From: Armatimonadota bacterium
GTDB taxonomy: Bacteria > Armatimonadota > UBA5829 > DSUL01
Direction: 5' to 3'
Length of the DNA: 64,000 nucleotides
Assembly: GCA_039811685.1 (NCBI GenBank)
Contig: JBDHZC010000002.1
Coordinates: forward strand, 160,001-224,000
The notes under the pieces were generated by a model. That model made no database searches, was not told the DNA's origin, and saw only the letters and a list, made by a program, of their open reading frames with translations. A program made the position numbers and the translations under genes. Shown here in pieces: positions 58,566 through 64,000 of this stretch (its first letter is position 1; every line of letters starts with the position of its first letter).

Positions 58566-58594
58566 TAAACGACTGGAGGTTGGACGAACTTTAG
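58566..58594 (-). promoter_or_regulatory. Sigma28-like promoter of flgE
   Basis: CTAAAG-N15-GTCGTTTA. Confidence 0.5.
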
Positions 58595-58635
58595 AGTGCG
58601 CGGCGCTTAAATTCGTGTGCGAGTTGGAGACAAAC

Positions 58636-58665
58636 AAAAAAGGACAGCCGTTGTGGCTGTCCTTT
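58636..58665 (-). terminator. Intrinsic terminator
   Basis: AAAGGACAGCC/GGCTGTCCTTT stem with T-run on the - strand. Confidence 0.85.
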
Positions 58666-58713
58666 CAAACTTCAACACGGGTGCGTCACCTCTTGCGTTC
58701 TTCTATCAGAAGC

Positions 58714-58965
58714 TTACTCGGTGTCCCACCCTTCAGCGATTGGCTCTTCAGTTCCGAATATCGAATCATCAAGCTTCACCGGCGGAGAAGTCGTCTCTTC
58801 AGTCTGCCAGTTGTCACAATCCCGACGCGAGCAGTAGAACATCTTCTTGCGTGTTCCGTCCGTCATGAGCACGTCCGCTACGTGGGCAAATCGGCAACGT
58901 ACGCAGTACATAGCGTCCAGAATCTTGACGACTTTGAGATTCTCCACATCCTTGTTCATTATCAT
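58714..58965 (-). CDS. Small zinc-ribbon-like protein
   Basis: CVRC...CSRRDC (CxxC and CxxxxC), acidic tail, ATGA overlap with upstream STAS gene. Confidence 0.7.
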   Translation of the reverse strand: MIMNKDVENLKVVKILDAMYCVRCRFAHVADVLMTDGTRKKMFYCSRRDCDNWQTEETTSPPVKLDDSIFGTEEPIAEGWDTE

Positions 58966-59396
58966 TCCGCCAGCCTGGCGGTGGTTCCTGGATGCTCTGT
59001 ATCCGCAAAGTTCACAATCCTCTTGATCTTGTGCAAAGCGTCGGCCTCGGACGAAGAGAAGGAAAGCAGCCCCTTAAGATCCGCCATCATCCTCTGGCTG
59101 ATCCCTTCCAGACAGGGAATCAGAGTGACCCTGCCATAGCGCTTCCTGACCTGCTGTCCAATGCGCTTCAGTGAGCTCACCACCAAGGCGTTGGCCGCAG
59201 CGGCATGCCGAAAGTTGAGAACGAGCTGATTGTGGCCTGCACAGAGCAGGCGTGACGCCATATCTTCAATCGCGCGAAGCGCGCTTGCGTCTATCTTTCC
59301 AAAGACATCCAGGACAGGAACACCACTCAGGTTTCTCAGTCCCAGTTGATATGAGTTGTTCGTTTCGTTGCTGTTCGATGATCTGTTCAGACCCAT
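58962..59396 (-). CDS. Degenerate STAS-domain protein
   Basis: PVLDVFGKIDA, LVLNF, YGRVTLI, SSEADAL match the STAS pattern; D-S-x-G phosphosite missing. Confidence 0.65.
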   Translation of the reverse strand: MGLNRSSNSNETNNSYQLGLRNLSGVPVLDVFGKIDASALRAIEDMASRLLCAGHNQLVLNFRHAAAANALVVSSLKRIGQQVRKRYGRVTLIPCLEGISQRMMADLKGLLSFSSSEADALHKIKRIVNFADTEHPGTTARLAE

Positions 59397-59596
59397 CGTG
59401 GAACACCTCTGTTCGTTATATTCCCTGCTTGCGCGCGTCGTTTGAGACAACGGAGAAGATACCGGTAATTGTCACAGCCTGCGGCGTTGCCGGGTGTGTG
59501 CGCCTGCGCGCGTGACCGATACCACCGCAAAGGCACCCCTGATTATGGGAAGACACGGGAGGGTACAGGAGGGTGATTTTGGTTAGAACAGAGGGA

Positions 59597-61138
59597 TCAG
59601 AAGAGGCGCAGGTTTCCACCTGTCAGAACACCGCGCGGCCTGATCTTCAGCAATGTCTCGGGCGCAATGTCGAGCAGAGGCTCGTCGAAGACAACAGCGT
59701 CCGCCAGCATTCCCGGCACGATGGCGCCACGCTGCGATTCCTGTCCGGCGGCGTACGCACTTCCGCGCGTGTACGCATAGACAGTTTCGCGGGGAGTCAG
59801 TGACTCGGATTTAGAGACTTCATCGCGCACACAGGCGCGGTAGATCAGCTCGTACGGATCGAGCTTTTCTACCCAGCAATCGCTGGACATAGCCAGATGC
59901 ACACCAGCTTCCTGCATTGTTCTAAACGGATAGGACCAGCGGTAGCGCTCTTTGCCGACACGGTGAACTGTCCAGAAGTCCGTGAGGACAAACTGTGGCT
60001 GCACGGCCACAGGGATCTTCAGAGACACCATGGCCCGCAGAGCCGAAGTAGTCATTTGAGAGGCGTGTTCGATACGGTGGCGCAGAGGGTTGTTGCCGCC
60101 GCTCAGTGCGCAAGCGTCCGCAATAGCCCCAACGGTGACATCGACGGCTTTGTCGCCGATGGCGTGAATCGCACACTGAAAACCAGCCGCCTGCGCTTTC
60201 TCAACCATCTCAGCCAGCTCTGGTTGATCGATGAGAAGAATCCCGCGGTTGCCGGGATCATCAGAGTAGTCATCGTGCATCGCCGCCGTGCGCGCTCCAA
60301 AGCTGCCGTCTGAGAAGATTTTCATAGCCCCAATGGTCAGGTAGTCCGACCCCTGACCCGTACGCAGGCCGCGCGCAACACACTCATCCAGGTAGCGATA
60401 GAGAATCTGTGCGTGAAAACGGATTGGCAGCTCGTTGCGTTGATCCAGCTCTCGCAGGCGGTCGAGCTGCCGCATGTCGGCCAGAAGGCAGTGAACGCCA
60501 GTAAGCCCGAGCGATGTCGCCAGAGATCCGGCCCGCAGAATTGCATCGTCAATCTCCGCATCGGTCGGCTCTGGTGCGTGCGCGGTAATCAGCGAGATAT
60601 CATCTTCTGTGAGCAGCCCACTCTCAGAGGCGCCTGGAGGCAGAGGGCCGGAAGAGTGTTGAAGCGCAAAAGTGTTTCCAACTGCCGCATGCCCGCAGAT
60701 GCGCGTAATAATCAGCGGGCGATCGGCACAGACTGCATCCAGATCTTGCCGGGTGGGAAAAGCGTGAGTTTCGAAGAGCTCCTGATCGAAACCGTGTCCG
60801 AAAAGCCAGCCCGTTGGGCGCTTCTGCGCATGCGAGCGGAGACGATCCTGCAACTCGCGCACAGAGCGGGAGTGAGTCAGATCCGCCGTGCTCTGCAGCA
60901 TCAGACCGAAGTCAATCAGGTGCGCGTGCGCATCGACAAAACCCGGAACAACTGTGGAGCCTTGCAGGTCCACTGTGTCAAAGGCGCCCTGCATCTGCGC
61001 GCGCACTTTGGTCTCAAGTCCAACCGCCACAAACCGCCCGCCCGAGACAGCGAAAGCCTCTGCGGTGGACACATCCTCAATGCCACCCTGCAGCGAGTGA
61101 ACAACGGCATTCCGGTAGAGAGTGAGACGCTCTGACAA
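59597..61138 (-). CDS. Amidohydrolase family 3 (YtcJ-like)
   Basis: PGFVDAHAH, KIFSDGSFGARTA, HAIGDKA, RHRIEHA, SSD, PGMLAD. Confidence 0.93.
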   Translation of the reverse strand: MSERLTLYRNAVVHSLQGGIEDVSTAEAFAVSGGRFVAVGLETKVRAQMQGAFDTVDLQGSTVVPGFVDAHAHLIDFGLMLQSTADLTHSRSVRELQDRLRSHAQKRPTGWLFGHGFDQELFETHAFPTRQDLDAVCADRPLIITRICGHAAVGNTFALQHSSGPLPPGASESGLLTEDDISLITAHAPEPTDAEIDDAILRAGSLATSLGLTGVHCLLADMRQLDRLRELDQRNELPIRFHAQILYRYLDECVARGLRTGQGSDYLTIGAMKIFSDGSFGARTAAMHDDYSDDPGNRGILLIDQPELAEMVEKAQAAGFQCAIHAIGDKAVDVTVGAIADACALSGGNNPLRHRIEHASQMTTSALRAMVSLKIPVAVQPQFVLTDFWTVHRVGKERYRWSYPFRTMQEAGVHLAMSSDCWVEKLDPYELIYRACVRDEVSKSESLTPRETVYAYTRGSAYAAGQESQRGAIVPGMLADAVVFDEPLLDIAPETLLKIRPRGVLTGGNLRLF

Positions 61139-61147
61139 CTTTTCTCT

Positions 61148-61546
61148 TCAGGGAGTCTTGTAGATGTCTTCGGGCCGCTTGAGTTGCTCTTCAACCGTCT
61201 CGAGTTTGCCACCCGAATCTACTTTGCGGTAGAAGCAGCTGCGGTAGCCCGCGTGGCAGGCCGCACCCGTCTGCTCCACTTTTACAAGGATAGCGTCCAG
61301 ATCGCAGTCAGCGCGGACTTCCTTTACGACCTGGTAGTGGCCACTGGTTTCCCCCTTTACCCAGTATTTCTGCCGGCTGCGGCTGAAAAAGCAGGTCTTG
61401 CCCTCTTCGAGAGTGCGCTTGAGAGCTTCGCGATCCATCCATGCGACCATCAGGACTTCGCCGTTTGCAGCATCCTGCACAACTGCGGCAACCAGGCCGT
61501 TGGCATCTGTTTTCAGGGAATCGAAGATATTGTCTGCGTTAGTCAT
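61148..61546 (-). CDS. hisI: Phosphoribosyl-AMP cyclohydrolase
   Basis: [30 protein letters not shown]. Confidence 0.96.
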   Translation of the reverse strand: MTNADNIFDSLKTDANGLVAAVVQDAANGEVLMVAWMDREALKRTLEEGKTCFFSRSRQKYWVKGETSGHYQVVKEVRADCDLDAILVKVEQTGAACHAGYRSCFYRKVDSGGKLETVEEQLKRPEDIYKTP

Positions 61547-61587
61547 AGGTTTATTTCGGTGTGCGGCTGGCGACGCTCAGAGTCGCC

Positions 61588-62373
61588 TCACTCCTCAGTT
61601 ACAGCCGCAGTAAGCCTCACCGGTACGCCGCGGCCGTTCAGGTATTCTTTGATCTCTCGAATGCTGTATGTGCGGAAATGGACGATGCTGGCAACCAGCG
61701 CCGCGTCCGCTTTGCCTTCTGTGAGCGCATCGTATATGTGTTCCAGCGTCCCTGCGCCGCCGCTTGCGATGACAGGGATCGAGACGCTCTCGGAAACCGC
61801 GCGCGTAAGCTCGATATCGTAACCGGACTGGGTGCCATCGCAGTCCATGCTTGTCAGCAGGATCTCACCCGCGCCAAGCTCCTCCCCGCGCTTTGCCCAC
61901 TCCAGCGCATCCATTCCGGTGGCCTTCCGGCCTCCATGCGTATAGACCTCCCACGAAGAGGCTTTGTCCGAAGCCCTGCGCGCGTCAACCGCCAGGACGA
62001 CACATTGCGACCCGAACATCTCGGAGGCCTGTCTGATAAGCTCTGGATTGGCGATTGCGGCGGTGTTGACGCTCACTTTGTCTGCGCCGGTCTTTAGAAT
62101 TCTGCGGAAATCGTCCGTCGTGCGGATGCCGCCGCCGACTGTAAACGGGATAAAGACCTGATCTGCCGTGCGAGACGCCACATCCACGATGGTGTCGCGC
62201 TCTTCATGGCTGGCTGTGATGTCGAGAAATGTTAACTCATCAGCCCCTTCAGCGTCGTAGAAGGCGGCCAGCTCTACAGGGTCACCCGCATCCCGCAGAT
62301 TGACAAAGTTGGTCCCTTTGACAACGCGCCCGTTGTTGACATCCAGACAGGGAATTATCCGTTTCTTGAGCAT
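61588..62373 (-). CDS. hisF: Imidazole glycerol phosphate synthase cyclase subunit
   Basis: [41 protein letters not shown]. Confidence 0.97.
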   Translation of the reverse strand: MLKKRIIPCLDVNNGRVVKGTNFVNLRDAGDPVELAAFYDAEGADELTFLDITASHEERDTIVDVASRTADQVFIPFTVGGGIRTTDDFRRILKTGADKVSVNTAAIANPELIRQASEMFGSQCVVLAVDARRASDKASSWEVYTHGGRKATGMDALEWAKRGEELGAGEILLTSMDCDGTQSGYDIELTRAVSESVSIPVIASGGAGTLEHIYDALTEGKADAALVASIVHFRTYSIREIKEYLNGRGVPVRLTAAVTEE

Positions 62374-62549
62374 GGGCAATATCTCTCCGGCAACGTTTTT
62401 TGCTGCAGATGATTGTGACTCAACACCCTGTAGCGTTGCCACGCCCTTTGTCGGCCATAATCCATGAGGTTTTCCGCGGGCCCTCAGACCGGAGGATCAG
62501 CCCTTTGAAAACCGGAAGAACTTTACAGACACGGTGCGGGAGACACGAG

Positions 62550-63635
62550 TTGGCGCGGATTTTTGGGCACATTCTTTCACGGACAGATCTGCTGAGGCAG
62601 GTTGGAGATATCTCTCAGATTGGCGGCGTGCGTGAGGTGCGTCTGCAAGGCGGTAAGGAAGACGGCGTGAGAGCGCTGGAGTTTCGCACGGGCACGGGAC
62701 TTGAGTTTGACGTGCTGGCGGACCGGGCGATGGACATCTCGCGATGCACGTACAAAGGGGCGTCGCTGGCGTGGCGCTCGGGCGCCGGGGATCAGCACCC
62801 GTCTTTCTACAGCGCGCGCGGCGCCGAGTGGCTGTGGACTTTTCAGGGCGGCCTGTTTGCCACGTGCGGGCTTGCGCAGGCGGGCGCACCGAACACAGAC
62901 GCCGGAGAAGACCTCGGCGTTCATGGACGCATCGGCGCTACCGCGGCCACTGAACTCTGCGCGCGTGAGTGGTGGGACGGAGAGGACTACATACTGCAGG
63001 CCAGCGGCAAGATTCGTGAAGGCCGGCTTTTCGGATACAACCTCCTGCTCGAGCGCACCATCTCCACCCGCATCGGCTCCAGCACCATCCGAGTCAACGA
63101 CAAAGTCACAAATGAGGGCTTTGAACCAGCGCCGCATATGATTTTGTATCACGTGAACGCCGGTTTTCCGGTGCTAAGCCCCGAATCACGCGTTTACGCG
63201 CCTTCTCTGGAGTGTCTCCCGCGCGACAACGACGCGGAAGTTGAAGCGGATCGCTGGATGGAGATGCTGCCGCCAACCGCGGGATTTGCAGAGCGGGTTT
63301 ACGCCCACAAAATGCAACCGGATGAAGACGGATTTGTCAGCGTCACCATGGTGAACCCGGACTTCCAGGGACGCCCGTTCGGGATGCGCCTGAGATATTC
63401 TCACACGACGCTGCCCTGGTTCAACCAGTGGAAGATGCTGGGACAGGGCGCGTACGTGTGCGGGCTGGAGCCGGCGAACTGCCAGACTCTCGGCAGATCA
63501 GCGGAGCGCAGGGCGGGGAGACTTGTTGAGTTGGAGCCATGGGAAGAGCGGGAATACGAGCTGGAGATCAGCGTGATTGACGGAGACGAAGAGTTCAGAA
63601 GCGCGCGCGAGGCGGCTTCTCTGGAGGGCGCCTGA
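62550..63635 (+). CDS. Aldose 1-epimerase-like (DUF4432) protein
   Basis: DRAMDI, GGLFATCGL, HGRI, MILYHVNAGFP, YVCGLEP; TTG start after GGGAGA. Confidence 0.87.
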   Translation: MARIFGHILSRTDLLRQVGDISQIGGVREVRLQGGKEDGVRALEFRTGTGLEFDVLADRAMDISRCTYKGASLAWRSGAGDQHPSFYSARGAEWLWTFQGGLFATCGLAQAGAPNTDAGEDLGVHGRIGATAATELCAREWWDGEDYILQASGKIREGRLFGYNLLLERTISTRIGSSTIRVNDKVTNEGFEPAPHMILYHVNAGFPVLSPESRVYAPSLECLPRDNDAEVEADRWMEMLPPTAGFAERVYAHKMQPDEDGFVSVTMVNPDFQGRPFGMRLRYSHTTLPWFNQWKMLGQGAYVCGLEPANCQTLGRSAERRAGRLVELEPWEEREYELEISVIDGDEEFRSAREAASLEGA

Positions 63636-63637
63636 TC

Positions 63638-64000
63638 TTGGAGCCACTGCAAATCTTCTCCGGGACTGCGAACCCGGCTCTGTCAGAAGGAATCGCATCC
63701 TATCTCAACTGCGCGCTGGGCAAACTCAGGATTGAGCGCTTTTCAGACGGTGAGCTCTATGTAAAGTTCGACGAGAGCGTACGCGGGGCGGATGTGTTTC
63801 TCATCCAGCCCACGTGCCCGCCGGTTGACCAGCACGTGATGGAGCTTCTGATCCTTCTGGATACGCTTCGCCGTGCCTCAGCCGGCCGAATAACGGCTGT
63901 CATCCCCTATTACGGCTATGCGCGTCAGGAGAAAAAGGAGCGTCCGAGAGAACCTATTACCGCCAAGCTCGTCGCCGACCTCCTGAAGACTTCCGGCGCG
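63638..64000 (+). CDS. prs: Ribose-phosphate pyrophosphokinase (partial, runs off the window)
   Basis: Hand translation (absent from ORF track): MEPLQIFSGTANPAL...FSDGE...ESVRGADVFLIQ...MELLI..LRRASAGRITAVIPYYGYARQEKK...EPITAKLVADLL. Confidence 0.96.
   Translation, partial: MEPLQIFSGTANPALSEGIASYLNCALGKLRIERFSDGELYVKFDESVRGADVFLIQPTCPPVDQHVMELLILLDTLRRASAGRITAVIPYYGYARQEKKERPREPITAKLVADLLKTSGA

Noticed and set aside
59410..59450. SigB/SigF-type promoter (GGGAATAT) upstream of the STAS gene; similar GGGGATACT near 25335
   Set aside because: Only a -10-like element, with no matching GTTT-type -35 at the right spacing.
1..64000. CRISPR arrays, IS/transposases, integrases, prophage, tRNA/rRNA, defence systems
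   Set aside because: No regularly spaced direct repeats, no transposase, integrase or phage motifs in the ORF track, and no tRNA or rRNA signatures noticed.

Overview
This is a GC-rich bacterial chromosomal window. The gene set and protein architectures (PEP-CTERM protein, large secreted proteins with a shared tandem OB-like C-terminus, cdaA-cdaR-glmM, Firmicutes-like flagellar genes) suggest Armatimonadota, but that is inference. Contents: two large secreted proteins (163-7409) separated by a near-consensus sigma70 promoter and an ~700-nt densely base-paired RNA leader; a flagellar gene set split into three blocks (flgB-fliJ; slt-fliK-flgD-cheX; flgE-motA-fliL-fliM) with several sigma28-like promoters; frameshifted prfB; peptidase, NUDIX, SIS and mtlD genes; an HD-GYP/GAF/GGDEF protein; a PilGHI-like ABC module; an M16 protease; a multi-GAF RsbU plus an RsbV-RsbW fusion; a sulfatase; cdaA-cdaR-glmM; an unusual sugar ABC transporter; pit/DUF47; hisF/hisI; and a partial prs. 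No rRNA, tRNA, CRISPR array or mobile element was recognised. Best candidates for undescribed biology are the large structured RNA at ~3581-4280, the shared C-terminal domain of the two flanking surface proteins, GGA-hairpin leaders in front of flagellar genes, and several motility/signalling proteins with altered catalytic motifs (MotA, CheX, HD-GYP, STAS). All family calls and RNA pairings were made by eye, without database searches or folding software.
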